64,000 nt of DNA from an uncultured Bacteroidales bacterium (GCA_947593515.1 CANQDQ010000003.1:22497-86496), one strand, 5' to 3'; positions 1 to 9,614 are shown, numbered from the stretch's first letter. Made by a program: numbers and translations. The notes: generated from the letters alone by a model not told the origin.

Positions 1-366
1 ATTGCGCAGCCGCTCGCGCGGTATCTTGTTGAAGTCGGCATGCCCCGTGGCCCGGCAAGCGATGCCTTTTATCACGGTGGCGTTGCTCTCTCTGCCTACG
101 GCTTTCAGGTAGCCGCCGATGGCGGCCATGGCGCGTTTGCGCAGTTTATCCATCTCGCCGACACCCGTCCTTTCGTTCGCCTGTTCCGACAGTTTGCCGC
201 ATACGTCTATCAAGTCGTGCGTATCCATGTCGCGGCTGCTCTCAACACCATAGCTTTCAACTATGGCACGCTTTTCTGCTTCGGTAAGCCCCAATGCACT
301 GCAAAGGGTGTGGAATTTCTTTAAGATGTTTCGATGGATCGCGTCCATCGTCCTGTTCTCTGTCAT
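1..366 (-). CDS. Mu gp16/GemA-like phage protein (DUF1018-like); C-terminal part runs off the window
   Basis: Not in the ORF track because it is open at the window edge. My reverse-strand translation from the ATG at 366-364 reads MTENRTMDAIHRNILKKFHTLCSALGLTEAEKRAIVESYGVESSRDMDTHDLIDVCGKLSEQ... The IH..L..LGL...R......G..S..DM....L..V pattern resembles Mu gp16/GemA. It lies downstream of the A/B early genes. Confidence 0.5.
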   Translation of the reverse strand, partial: MTENRTMDAIHRNILKKFHTLCSALGLTEAEKRAIVESYGVESSRDMDTHDLIDVCGKLSEQANERTGVGEMDKLRKRAMAAIGGYLKAVGRESNATVIKGIACRATGHADFNKIPRERLRN

Positions 367-372
367 ATCGTT

Positions 373-1011
373 TTACATTTTATCAATCCAATATTCCTGT
401 GCGCCTTGCTCCCATATCACGAAGTCCGCGCCACCTTCGCCGAGTTCGGCTATTTCGTACCGAGAGGTTATAAATGCTTTGTAACCCTCTACTCGAGCCT
501 TTATATCGCTGTCGTATCGTATCTTTTCAGCTATTTTTCCATCAGGAAGCCCGTGTTTTTCATGGCATACGAAAATGAACAACTTATCGGGAAAGTCTTT
601 ACGTAGGTTTATATAATCCGACATTTTAAGTCCTAACCAGTAATGCACGCTGTCGATGACAATGACATCAGGGCTACGCTTTTTTTCCAACCGGAGGCGG
701 ACATCTTTCAAACCCTCTTTATTTAGTAGAATGATGCGATTACCGACTTCTGCCATGCCGACCCGCTCCCATGCTCGTTTTAGCGAGAGGCTTAAACCTT
801 GTTCCAAACTGTCGTATGCCACGCGGCGAAAGCGGGTAAGGTACTTGCAGATCTGTAACACAAAGGTGGTTTTACCGCAACCGCTGCCGCCGTAGATTAT
901 CCATGCGCCTCGCAGTTCCGGTCGCCCGAAGCTGGCAAGGAAAGTCCCCTCGAAGTCGGCTACTTCAAATTTGGCTGTCAGTACATTCTTATTGCTTATC
1001 GCTCGACCCAT
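373..1011 (-). CDS. phage P-loop NTPase of unknown role
   Basis: 212-aa ORF with Walker A 'YGGSGCGKTT' and a Walker-B-like 'DVIVIDSV'. It is packed tightly after the MuB-like gene in the same leftward operon. Confidence 0.6.
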   Translation of the reverse strand: MGRAISNKNVLTAKFEVADFEGTFLASFGRPELRGAWIIYGGSGCGKTTFVLQICKYLTRFRRVAYDSLEQGLSLSLKRAWERVGMAEVGNRIILLNKEGLKDVRLRLEKKRSPDVIVIDSVHYWLGLKMSDYINLRKDFPDKLFIFVCHEKHGLPDGKIAEKIRYDSDIKARVEGYKAFITSRYEIAELGEGGADFVIWEQGAQEYWIDKM

Positions 1012-1050
1012 GTTTATTTTCCCATCAGATAAGGTACATCGTTAATCGTC

Positions 1051-1911
1051 TTAATCGTTATGCTGTTCTCCGTTCTTTTGTATCGCCCAAATAGCGCGTT
1101 TTACGCGGCGCAGGTCGCATTCACAATCGTCTGCTATCCGATTTATTTCTTTGGTGTCGGTTATGCCGTTTGCCACGCAAACGGCGGCTATATCCGCCGT
1201 ATTCACGACCTGCAACTCCACGAACTTGCGCCCCATTCGGCTGTATATTTCCTCGTAGCCTTTACGTTTTATCCGCAACCCCTTTTTTATGCGTTTTTCC
1301 AGAAAATCTGTGGCGCAGAGAATGATGCCGCAATGTCCCTCTAACTGATTGTAAAGGCTGATGAAGAAATAGAGTACTTGATCACTCAACTTGTCTGCTT
1401 CGTCAAGAACCACCAACGGGAGTTCCTTGCGTTTCAGAGCGTCGATGATATCGTCCATCATGTCTGATACGGTAGCGCCGGAAAAATCCATGCCCATACA
1501 TTTGAGTAGTTTGCCCATGAACGTGCGACGATTCCAGTATTCAGAACAGCACAAATGATATACATTGCGATGAGTTGCAGCATAGTTTTTTATCGCCTCC
1601 GTTTTTCCACAGCCGGCATCGCCGGTAACAGCCAATACAAGACTGTCCTCACGAGCATTGTCGAGCAGGAAGCCCATGCGGCTATATGCACGTGTTTCGG
1701 CGATGTGCCACCTCTTTGCCTCGTGTCCCGTCTGGGCGGCTATCGTGCGCCACATTTCGTCACTAATTGTTTCCCAGTCGCCTGCCAGTACCTTGCTTAT
1801 GGTGGCAGAGCTGACTCCGTTCATACTGTTGGCCGCCTTATTTTGACTTCCTTTCCTGTCGCAGTAGCCTTTGAGGCTTGTAGCAATCTGTTGTTTTTCT
1901 TCCTGTAACAT
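1051..1911 (-). CDS. MuB-like transposition ATPase (AAA)
   Basis: 286 aa. N-terminal HTH-like 'NGVSSATISKVLAGDWETISDEMW', Walker A 'GDAGCGKTEA', Walker B 'LVVLDEADKL'. It lies immediately downstream of the transposase gene. Confidence 0.8.
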   Translation of the reverse strand: MLQEEKQQIATSLKGYCDRKGSQNKAANSMNGVSSATISKVLAGDWETISDEMWRTIAAQTGHEAKRWHIAETRAYSRMGFLLDNAREDSLVLAVTGDAGCGKTEAIKNYAATHRNVYHLCCSEYWNRRTFMGKLLKCMGMDFSGATVSDMMDDIIDALKRKELPLVVLDEADKLSDQVLYFFISLYNQLEGHCGIILCATDFLEKRIKKGLRIKRKGYEEIYSRMGRKFVELQVVNTADIAAVCVANGITDTKEINRIADDCECDLRRVKRAIWAIQKNGEQHND

Positions 1912-1923
1912 ATTATATGTAGT

Positions 1924-3954
1924 TTAGAAAATGGAATAATCGTCTTTATCCGAAGCTGGCGCGCCTTGTGGCATCAACGGAATTTCGACGGTATTCACAT
2001 CAACACTGTTAATATCCGCTGCGCTGAGGCGTCGTTTTGCTTTGGGCAGTTTGTGCTGCCCGTCGCTGTTGCATATCAGCAAGCGACTGAGTATGTTGTC
2101 AGATCCGCTGCCGATTAAATGTTCTACTTTGGCATTTGCCAATGCGCGCTGTTCAATAATGTGCTGTTCCAGTTGTCGATTGAATGTTACCACACGGGCA
2201 AGTTCTGCTGCATCACCATCTTTCCGTTCAGCCAAAGCCATTGGCTGCACATATTTTTCCGTGAGCATGAATCTGAGTGTACCGTCCTCACTGACGGCAA
2301 GAATTTCGTGTAAATCGTCAGGGTCGTATTTTATCGTCCATCGCTTGCCTGCATATTCACGAAAACGTATGTCAAAACAATCGTAATCACGTTTCACCCC
2401 GAGTAATGTAGGTCGCAAACCTCCGCCCTCAATGGCATTCTTGTGTCCCGATTCTGCACCGAAATGTAGCAGGTACGATTCTCGACTCAATGGCAGACGA
2501 CGCTCTGCCGGAAGGTTGTCCATCATTTTTCGGAACTCAGAGACTTTTTGCTGACGTTCTAATTGCATCATGTTCTCTATCTGTCGGCGCAGACCGTCTT
2601 CGTCGGGAAAATGGTGCCGCAAATTATTCAATGCCTCGCTGTTAGGTTGTTTTTCAGGATTGGTTGTAATACCATAGCCCGACCAGTTATTGAATAGGCG
2701 GCAATAGGTCTTGTTTAAGTAACCGAAGTACGGTTCGACGACTTTTGCTTTGGCATTTTTGACCTGAGCCGGCGTCAGTATTGCCGCCATCGCATTATAA
2801 AGGGGCATCATGGTCTTGAATGCGTAATGGTCGCATTGCAATTGATTCGCCCGCAACATCGAGCCGAAGAGTTCTTTGCTGTGTTTAGCGGCGTCGCGCA
2901 AGGCTGCGGCAATCAAATCGGGTGTCTCGTGGGTGCCTATTGCGTAGCCTATCGGATAATTGCAACAAGGGTCTAATACCACCTCCAATGTCAGACGGTT
3001 GCAATAGCTCGTAATTGAATGTCCGTTTTTGTCTGTCGTAGTTTTCTGATACAACAGCTCCACGTCCCAACCGTCGAGTGTCCACATCAAGAAAGGTGCT
3101 TTCGGGCGACTGCGTTTTATCTGCATACTCTTTTTGTTACGGAATTGTGCGGTTCCCAGTCGTCCGGCAGATGTTGTCAAGTCCAGTTTCTCACGCCATA
3201 CGCCAACGGCGCCGGGAGTAATAGATTTCCAGCCACACTCTTTGGCTTTGGTATTGTATAGATTAGCTATTAGTACATTATCGAGGTTATTATGGTGCCC
3301 GATAAGTAATGCCAGCAAACTTTCCTTCTCGTCATTATCCACCTTTGCTGCATTGTTGTTTTGGTACTTTTTGCTGATAAAGCAACTGTACCCGTCGCGT
3401 AGGTATTCATTGAACTTGCGTTGGAGACGGCGGGCGCTTTCGGGTAGCGAATGAGGAAACCTATCCGCAAGCCGTGGCAATGCGCCGGCAGCTTTGTCCC
3501 AAAACGCCATTTTATTCAGCCGAGACTTGCTTTGCCGCATACGTTGGCTGTTACTCTTGTCAATACACGTGCGAAACGCATTCATAATAGCGCAGTTGTT
3601 CGCATATTCCACCTGTTTTCCCGTCGGCAGATGGCGACCGTCCGCCAAAACATAATCGGCATAGAACTGCATTGCTCTACCGTCAGGCATTATCGTATCA
3701 ATAAATGGCTTGCTATTGGCACTTTCTTGTAAATCCGGATAACGGCGGTACACCTTCGTCCGATATTTCAACGGTAAACTATTAACGGCAAACAGCGCGG
3801 GGGTACCGTAACAGGCACGTCGCACCTGTTCTAACTTCCCGCGTCGCACCATTGCCGAAATGTTAGGTTTAGACAGAATACCGTCTGTCAGTTCCGCGTG
3901 GCTTATACAAAGTGTGTTGTTATAATACTCCATCGCGTTGTCGTTTTCTTGCAC
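1924..3954 (-). CDS. Mu-type (MuA-like) DDE transposase
   Basis: 676 aa. It sits between the ner-like gene and the B-type ATPase. It has an integrase-core-like segment 'FLMWTLDGWDVELLY'. The size and gene order match Mu-like early regions. Confidence 0.75.
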   Translation of the reverse strand: MQENDNAMEYYNNTLCISHAELTDGILSKPNISAMVRRGKLEQVRRACYGTPALFAVNSLPLKYRTKVYRRYPDLQESANSKPFIDTIMPDGRAMQFYADYVLADGRHLPTGKQVEYANNCAIMNAFRTCIDKSNSQRMRQSKSRLNKMAFWDKAAGALPRLADRFPHSLPESARRLQRKFNEYLRDGYSCFISKKYQNNNAAKVDNDEKESLLALLIGHHNNLDNVLIANLYNTKAKECGWKSITPGAVGVWREKLDLTTSAGRLGTAQFRNKKSMQIKRSRPKAPFLMWTLDGWDVELLYQKTTTDKNGHSITSYCNRLTLEVVLDPCCNYPIGYAIGTHETPDLIAAALRDAAKHSKELFGSMLRANQLQCDHYAFKTMMPLYNAMAAILTPAQVKNAKAKVVEPYFGYLNKTYCRLFNNWSGYGITTNPEKQPNSEALNNLRHHFPDEDGLRRQIENMMQLERQQKVSEFRKMMDNLPAERRLPLSRESYLLHFGAESGHKNAIEGGGLRPTLLGVKRDYDCFDIRFREYAGKRWTIKYDPDDLHEILAVSEDGTLRFMLTEKYVQPMALAERKDGDAAELARVVTFNRQLEQHIIEQRALANAKVEHLIGSGSDNILSRLLICNSDGQHKLPKAKRRLSAADINSVDVNTVEIPLMPQGAPASDKDDYSIF

Positions 3955-4007
3955 CCGTGTCCGTATTGATTTGATTCAATGTTTGTGTATTCACGGTTCT
4001 ACTCATG

Positions 4008-4376
4008 CTATAACTTTTGTGCTTCCGCTTGTATAGCAGAAAAACAGTCTAATCTTACATCGGCATAACTTTTTACGGACTTGCCGTCTTTGATGATGTC
4101 CACACGCCCCGTTTTTTTGTCGCATTCCAGCATCACGCCGTTGGGGAAATACTGACGCATAAAGTCGTCGGCATCATGTATGGTTTCCATGGCATGGGCA
4201 ACCACCATTAATATACCGCCCCTCAATTGTGCCAACCGCCGAATCTTACACGCCAGTTCGCTGTCGCCGCCTCGGTCGGCAAATGTCAAAGCCCGCCATA
4301 CAGTTGGCTTGGACGTATTGAATGCCTTTTGTAAGAACTCTCTACATTCTTTTGTTACTGCTATGTACTTTTCCAT
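4008..4376 (-). CDS. small Ner/Cro-like early regulator (putative DNA-binding)
   Basis: 122 aa with an HTH-like 'TSKPTVWRALTF'. It is the first gene of the leftward early operon and is divergent from the repressor gene. The role is inferred from position. Confidence 0.45.
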   Translation of the reverse strand: MEKYIAVTKECREFLQKAFNTSKPTVWRALTFADRGGDSELACKIRRLAQLRGGILMVVAHAMETIHDADDFMRQYFPNGVMLECDKKTGRVDIIKDGKSVKSYADVRLDCFSAIQAEAQKL

Positions 4377-4407
4377 ATTGTAATATTTTGTTTTCGTCTT
4401 TTTTTCT

Positions 4408-4415
4408 TATCTTTG
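4408..4415 (+). promoter_or_regulatory. -7 box TAtcTTTG, candidate repressor promoter
   Basis: Exact match to the Bacteroides TAnnTTTG -7 consensus, about 50 nt upstream of the repressor ATG at 4466. Confidence 0.45.
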
Positions 4416-4440
4416 ACGGCTGTGTTATTTATTTCACGGG

Positions 4441-4448
4441 CAAATATA
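4441..4448 (-). promoter_or_regulatory. -7 box (reverse complement TATATTTG), candidate early promoter
   Basis: CAAATATA on the + strand is TATATTTG on the - strand. It points at the ner-like/A/B operon, whose first start is at 4376. Confidence 0.4.
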
Positions 4449-4465
4449 GACGAGATAATTCGATT

Positions 4466-5182
4466 ATGCAAGAAAAAAGACAAGAAAAATCGCCCATCAA
4501 GCAAAAAATCCTGCTCTTTCTCTCAAAAAAAGGGATAAGCCAGTATGATTTTTATCGAAAAACAGGCATAACCCGTGGTATATTGGGTCAAAGTAATGGA
4601 ATCAGTGAGGAAAATATAGCAAAATTTCTTGCTTATTATCCGGAGGTGTCGGTAGATTGGCTACTTACTGGCAGGGGTAATATGTTTCGCGAATCGGATA
4701 TTCAATTAGCGACCCCAACTGTTCAAAGCAAGTTTCCCCTCAGTACCGATTGCTCAGTCGCCCAACAAAGTATCCCGCTTTACGAATTGGACGCCACTGC
4801 TGGTCTGGTTTCTCTATTCGATACAGCAACTCATCATACCCCGATTAGCTATTTACAAATTCCCGACCTGCCACCATGCGATGGGGCTTTATATGTGCGA
4901 GGTGATTCGATGTATCCGCTATTGAAAAGTGGGGATATTGTGTTATATAAGGAGGTTCCAAACCTTGCGGCTGGAATTATTTGGGGTGAAATGTATCTTT
5001 TGTCGTTTGTCCTTGACGGGGAAAGTTATATTGCAATCAAATATATTCAGAAAGCGGACAGCAACAAGTTCGTGCGACTGGTAAGTTATAACCCGCATTT
5101 TTCACCGCAGGATATTCCGGCAGATTCCATCAGAGCATTGGCATTGATTAAAGCCAGCATTCGATTCAATACAATGGGTTAA
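4466..5182 (+). CDS. CI/LexA-type phage repressor (XRE HTH + S24 peptidase)
   Basis: 238 aa from the ATG at 4466. The 4322 start in the track is an upstream extension through the promoter region. HTH 'KKGISQYDFYRKTGITRGILGQ'; S24 signature 'GDSMYPLLKSGDIVLYK'. Confidence 0.85.
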   Translation: MQEKRQEKSPIKQKILLFLSKKGISQYDFYRKTGITRGILGQSNGISEENIAKFLAYYPEVSVDWLLTGRGNMFRESDIQLATPTVQSKFPLSTDCSVAQQSIPLYELDATAGLVSLFDTATHHTPISYLQIPDLPPCDGALYVRGDSMYPLLKSGDIVLYKEVPNLAAGIIWGEMYLLSFVLDGESYIAIKYIQKADSNKFVRLVSYNPHFSPQDIPADSIRALALIKASIRFNTMG

Positions 5183-5692
5183 AAGCTCGACATACGATCT
5201 GTTCCCAATGTAGGCAGATCCGCTTCGTTATTTCCCAACATTGATGTACCCTCCCATATACCCTTTTCAGACACCTAACAGGGGCGATTATGCTGTTTTC
5301 ACGTGTTTTTATCGCAAAAACACGTTTTAATCGCTAATTATCAGCAGCTTAAACACTTATTTAAGGGTTTTGTTTCTATATCTGTTTGGATATTAAAGGG
5401 GGTAGATTCTCACGAAAAAGCCGCTTTTTATGTCGATTTTTTCCATTATAGGGTATTATTCGTGCTTAAAAAGTATGCCCAACTGTATGCCCAACACTAT
5501 TTTGTGGTTTGAATTGCCCATTGCAATACACTCCCGCATTTTTTCTGTCCGTTCAACTCGAGTTATTCGTTTTTTGTTCGTTTAATAACCAATTGTAATG
5601 AATAAAAGACGCCGCTTTGAATTGCCTCGAATCTGGCTGTAAATTGCCTTAAATTGGGCGTTTAAGCCATTTGAGGCATCAGATAAGAGGTA

Positions 5693-5734
5693 GTGAAAAA
5701 AGGCGGACAAACAGCCCAAAGCCATCTGTCCGCC
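5693..5734 (-). terminator. intrinsic terminator (minus-strand orientation)
   Basis: An 8-bp stem GGCGGACA(5702-5709)/TGTCCGCC(5727-5734) is preceded on + by an A run. On the - strand this gives a hairpin followed by TTTTTTCAC. Confidence 0.5.
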
Positions 5735-6049
5735 CATAATTAAACAGAATTAAAGTTGTGGTAAAACAGTATTAAACGATTTCGAGAAAACTTTACTCGA
5801 AACTTAAAGTAAAATTAAAGCAGATTAAAGTTTTTGTACGTTTCGTTTTTTCTTTTCACATTCAAACGACATCGTATATCTATCAATTTATCAGTTATTT
5901 ACGCATTATATCTTTCTGATAAATATTGTACAATTCGTTTTTATGCCCATACTTGTTCGGCAAATCATTTGCAGGCGGGGGATTGGTGAAAAAACGATAA
6001 CGCTGCATTATTTCCTTGTCGGTTCGGTGCAACGTGCCGCTTTATGCGT

Positions 6050-6057
6050 TATCTTTG
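6050..6057 (+). promoter_or_regulatory. -7 box TAtcTTTG for uvrA
   Basis: Exact TAnnTTTG match 29 nt upstream of the uvrA ATG. Confidence 0.5.
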
Positions 6058-6085
6058 CACTTCTGAATTTTTTGGGAAAACATTC

Positions 6086-8872
6086 ATGGGCGAACACACC
6101 ATATCGGTCAAAGGGGCACGAGTCAATAATCTGAAAAACATCGACTTGGAGATACCCCGCAACAAGTTGATTGTCATCACGGGACTTTCGGGGTCGGGCA
6201 AGTCGTCGCTGGCATTCGACACGCTGTATGCCGAAGGGCAGCGGCGTTACGTGGAGAGTCTGTCGGCTTACGCCCGCCAGTTTCTCGGGCGCATGGGCAA
6301 GCCGGAGTGCGACTACATAAAAGGCATACCGCCCGCCATCGCCATCGAACAGAAAGTCAATACGCGCAACCCGCGTTCCACCGTGGGCACCTCGACCGAA
6401 ATATACGACTACCTGCGTATGCTCTTTGCCCGCGTGGGCAGGACGATTTCGCCGGTGTCGGGCACGGAGGTGAAGAAGCACACCGTCGAAGATGTGGTAC
6501 AGTGCGCTCTGTCCTACCCCGACGGCACGCGCATGGCGGTGCTTACGCCGGTGCATTTCACGACCGACCGTCCGCCCCGCACGACGCTGGAAATTCTGCT
6601 CAAAGGAGGCTACAACCGCATGGAGCAGGCGGGCGAAATCGTGCGCATCGAAGAGTTGATGCAGCTCGACGAAAAGACGTTGCTCGCCCAACCGCTGTTC
6701 CTGTTGATAGACCGCACGGTGGCAGCCCACACGCCCGACGCGGTGAGCCGTATGGCGGACTCGGCGGAAACGGCTTTTTTCGAGGGGCAGGGCGAATGCG
6801 TGCTGCGGATATATGGCGAGGAGGTGAAATCGCACACCTTTTCCAACCGCTTCGAGGCAGACGGCATGACGTTCGAGGAGCCGTCGGATTTGATGTTCAA
6901 TTTCAACAGCCCCGCCGGTGCGTGCCCCGTGTGCGAAGGATTCGGGCGCACGATAGGCATCGACGAAAATCTGGTGGTGCCCAACAAATCGCTGTCGGTG
7001 TACGACGATGCCGTCGTATGCTGGAAAGGCGAGAAAATGAGCGAATGGAAACGGGAGTTCATACGGGTGGCAGGCTCGATGAATTTCCCCATACACAGAC
7101 CTTATTTCCAACTCACAGCCGAACAGAAAGAGCGGCTGTGGCACGGAAACGGCCGTTTCCCGGGCATCGACGGATTTTTCCGCATGCTCGAAGAAAATCA
7201 ATATAAAATACAGTACCGCGTGATGCTGTCGCGCTATCGGGGCAAAACTACCTGTCCCGCCTGCAAAGGCTCGCGGCTGAAACCGGAGGCGCAATACGTG
7301 AAAGTGGGCGGACGCACCATTTCGGAACTGGTGGCGATGCCCGTGTCGGAACTGACGCGCTTCTTCGACGAATTGCAGCTCGACGAGCACGATGCCGCCG
7401 TGGCAAAACGACTGCTGACGGAGATACGCAGCCGCCTTCGTTTTCTTATCGACGTAGGGTTGGACTACCTGTCGCTCGACCGGCTGTCGTCGTCGCTTTC
7501 GGGCGGCGAGAGCCAGCGCATCAATTTAGCCACGTCGTTAGGCAGCAGTTTAGTCGGCTCGCTCTACATTCTCGACGAACCGAGCATCGGGCTGCATTCG
7601 CGCGACACCGAGCGGCTCATCGGCGTGCTGCGCCGCCTGCAACAGTTGGGCAACACGGTCATCGTGGTGGAGCACGACGAGGAGATAATCCGCGCCGCCG
7701 ACTACATCATCGACATCGGACCGAAGGCGGGGCGGCTCGGCGGCGAAGTGGTGTATCAGGGCGACCTCGCCCACCTCGCGGAAGCCGAAAACAGCTACAC
7801 GGCAAAATACCTCACGGGAAAAGAGCGCATCGAAGTGCCCGCCATGCGGCGACGCTGGCACAACTATATCGAAGTGGAAGGCGCCGTACACAACAACCTC
7901 AAAAACGTTTCCGTGCGCTTCCCGCTCTACGTGATGACGGTCGTAACGGGCGTGAGCGGTTCGGGAAAATCGTCGCTCGTGCGCGATGTCTTCTACCGCT
8001 CGCTGGCACGCCACTACGAAGGCGAGGGCGAAACGCCCGGCTCCTACGGCGGCTTGTCGGGCGATATGCAGCTGATGCAGCACATCGAATTCGTGGATCA
8101 GAATCCTATCGGGCATTCCTCCCGCTCCAATCCCGCCATCTACCTGAAAGCGTTCGACGAAATACGCAAGCTGTTCGCCGAACAGAAACTCGCCAAGCAA
8201 ATGGGCTTCACGGCGGCGCATTTTTCGTTCAACGTCGAAGGCGGCCGCTGCGAGGAGTGCAAAGGCGACGGCACGATTACGGTCGAAATGCAGTTCATGG
8301 CAGACCTCGTGCTCACGTGCGAATCGTGCCACGGCAAACGGTTCAAGTCGGACATTCTCGAAGTGGAGTATCGCGGCAAAAACATCTCCGACATTCTCGA
8401 CATGACGGTGAATCAGGCAGTGGAATTTTTCTCCGAAAGCAACGGGGCGACCGAGAAAAAAATCATACGACGGCTGCAACCGCTGCAAAGCGTGGGGTTG
8501 GGCTACATAAAAATGGGGCAGACCTCCTCCACCCTCTCGGGCGGCGAAAACCAGCGGGTGAAGCTGGCGTATTTCCTGAGCAACGAAAAACAGGAGCCGA
8601 CGATATTCGTGTTCGACGAGCCGACCACCGGTCTGCACATACACGACATAAAAACGCTGCTCGGGTCGTTCAACGCATTGATAGAGAAAGGACACACCGT
8701 CATCATCATCGAGCACAACATGGAGGTAATCAAATGTGCCGACCACATCATAGACATGGGGCTCGAAGGGGGCGACGCCGGCGGCAATGTGGTGTGCTGC
8801 GGCACGCCCGAAGAGGTGGCTGCACACCCCGACTCCTACACCGGACGATACCTGCGCGAGAAACTCCGTTAA
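6086..8872 (+). CDS. uvrA: excinuclease ABC subunit A
   Basis: 928 aa from the ATG at 6086. '[23 protein letters not shown]'; zinc modules 'CPVCEGFG', 'CPACKGSR', 'CEECKGDG'; second ABC module '[10 protein letters not shown]'; signature 'LSGGE(S/N)QR' occurs twice. Confidence 0.97.
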   Translation: MGEHTISVKGARVNNLKNIDLEIPRNKLIVITGLSGSGKSSLAFDTLYAEGQRRYVESLSAYARQFLGRMGKPECDYIKGIPPAIAIEQKVNTRNPRSTVGTSTEIYDYLRMLFARVGRTISPVSGTEVKKHTVEDVVQCALSYPDGTRMAVLTPVHFTTDRPPRTTLEILLKGGYNRMEQAGEIVRIEELMQLDEKTLLAQPLFLLIDRTVAAHTPDAVSRMADSAETAFFEGQGECVLRIYGEEVKSHTFSNRFEADGMTFEEPSDLMFNFNSPAGACPVCEGFGRTIGIDENLVVPNKSLSVYDDAVVCWKGEKMSEWKREFIRVAGSMNFPIHRPYFQLTAEQKERLWHGNGRFPGIDGFFRMLEENQYKIQYRVMLSRYRGKTTCPACKGSRLKPEAQYVKVGGRTISELVAMPVSELTRFFDELQLDEHDAAVAKRLLTEIRSRLRFLIDVGLDYLSLDRLSSSLSGGESQRINLATSLGSSLVGSLYILDEPSIGLHSRDTERLIGVLRRLQQLGNTVIVVEHDEEIIRAADYIIDIGPKAGRLGGEVVYQGDLAHLAEAENSYTAKYLTGKERIEVPAMRRRWHNYIEVEGAVHNNLKNVSVRFPLYVMTVVTGVSGSGKSSLVRDVFYRSLARHYEGEGETPGSYGGLSGDMQLMQHIEFVDQNPIGHSSRSNPAIYLKAFDEIRKLFAEQKLAKQMGFTAAHFSFNVEGGRCEECKGDGTITVEMQFMADLVLTCESCHGKRFKSDILEVEYRGKNISDILDMTVNQAVEFFSESNGATEKKIIRRLQPLQSVGLGYIKMGQTSSTLSGGENQRVKLAYFLSNEKQEPTIFVFDEPTTGLHIHDIKTLLGSFNALIEKGHTVIIIEHNMEVIKCADHIIDMGLEGGDAGGNVVCCGTPEEVAAHPDSYTGRYLREKLR

Positions 8873-8887
8873 TTTTTCTTCTTCATA

Positions 8888-8930
8888 AAAGCCGCTGCCG
8901 AAAGCCTTATTCGGCAGCGGCTTCTGTTTG
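8888..8930 (+). terminator. intrinsic terminator after uvrA
   Basis: A 12-bp stem GCCGCTGCCGAA/TTCGGCAGCGGC followed by CTTCTGTTTG. Confidence 0.65.
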
Positions 8931-9036
8931 CGAAAAGCGAAATATACCGGCATTCGTCCCGAAAATTTTTTCAAACAAATTTATCCCGACAAATGTTTTC
9001 AACTACCCGTTACGGTCGAATCAACGAGTAGAGAAT

Positions 9037-9612
9037 ATGAAACGGATATTTTTGTTGCTGCTGTTCGTCCTACCGGCAGCCTTTACGCAAGCGCAGAAAG
9101 CCGGTATCAAGAGCAATCTTTTTTACGATGCGCTGGCTACGGTAAGCGTCGGAGCGGAAATCGGACTGACGCCCCACTGGACGTTGGATATTTCGGGCAA
9201 CTACAAAGGGTGGACGATACAGGGACGCCGAACGAAGCACTGGCTGATACAGCCCGAAGCCCGCTATTGGCTCCGCTCGTGTTTCTCGGGACATTTTTTA
9301 GGCATACACCTGATAGGCGGACAATACAACATGGGCGGCTTCCGTGCGAATTTTCATTTCTTGGGCAGCGACTTCCGCCAGCTGAAAAGCAACCGCTATC
9401 AAGGCTGGGGCGCAGGTGCGGGCATCGCCTACGGCTATGCGTGGATATTGGGGAAACATTGGAGCATCGAAGGCGAAATAGGGCTCGGATTCGTCTATAC
9501 CCGTTACGACGTGTTCGAGTGTGCCGGCTGCGGAAAGCGCACGGAAAACGACAGGGCACATCATTATGTGGGTCCCACGAAAGCGGCAGTCAACCTTATC
9601 TATCTGTTTTAA
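9037..9612 (+). CDS. DUF3575-type outer-membrane beta-barrel protein
   Basis: 191 aa from the ATG at 9037, which is the last part of track ORF 8257..9612. Signal peptide 'MKRIFLLLLFVLPAAFTQAQ', glycine/aromatic-rich strands, C-terminal 'AVNLIYLF'. Confidence 0.7.
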   Translation: MKRIFLLLLFVLPAAFTQAQKAGIKSNLFYDALATVSVGAEIGLTPHWTLDISGNYKGWTIQGRRTKHWLIQPEARYWLRSCFSGHFLGIHLIGGQYNMGGFRANFHFLGSDFRQLKSNRYQGWGAGAGIAYGYAWILGKHWSIEGEIGLGFVYTRYDVFECAGCGKRTENDRAHHYVGPTKAAVNLIYLF

Positions 9613-9614
9613 GG

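Larger units (their letters stand above)
1..5900. mobile_element. repressor-proximal end of a Mu-like transposable prophage (continues beyond the left window edge); right boundary approximate
   Basis: The gene order repressor / ner-like / A transposase / B ATPase / P-loop / GemA-like is the canonical Mu left-end layout. The region is AT-richer than the flanking uvrA. The exact terminus was not determined and lies somewhere between 5183 and about 5990. Confidence 0.7.

Noticed and set aside
4322-4465. Upstream 48-codon extension of the repressor ORF (MPFVRTLYILLLLL...)
   Set aside because: It overlaps the ner-like gene start and the switch promoters. The HTH domain begins right after the ATG at 4466, which follows the TAtcTTTG box.
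5303-5512. 69-aa + ORF in the prophage-end non-coding tail
   Set aside because: There is no promoter box or recognisable domain. It overlaps the repeat motifs and is AT-rich, low-complexity sequence.
6008-7390. 460-aa minus-strand ORF, and likewise 7550..8974 (-, 474 aa) and 6307..7206 (+, 299 aa), all overlapping uvrA
   Set aside because: They lie entirely inside or antisense to an unmistakable uvrA. Their composition is R/H/G/A/F-rich with no motifs, which is typical of stop-poor shadow frames in GC-rich DNA.
8257-9612. 451-aa + ORF spanning the uvrA 3' end through the DUF3575 gene
   Set aside because: The first about 260 codons are an alternate frame of uvrA and cross its terminator. Only the part from the ATG at 9037, which has a signal peptide, is a plausible gene.
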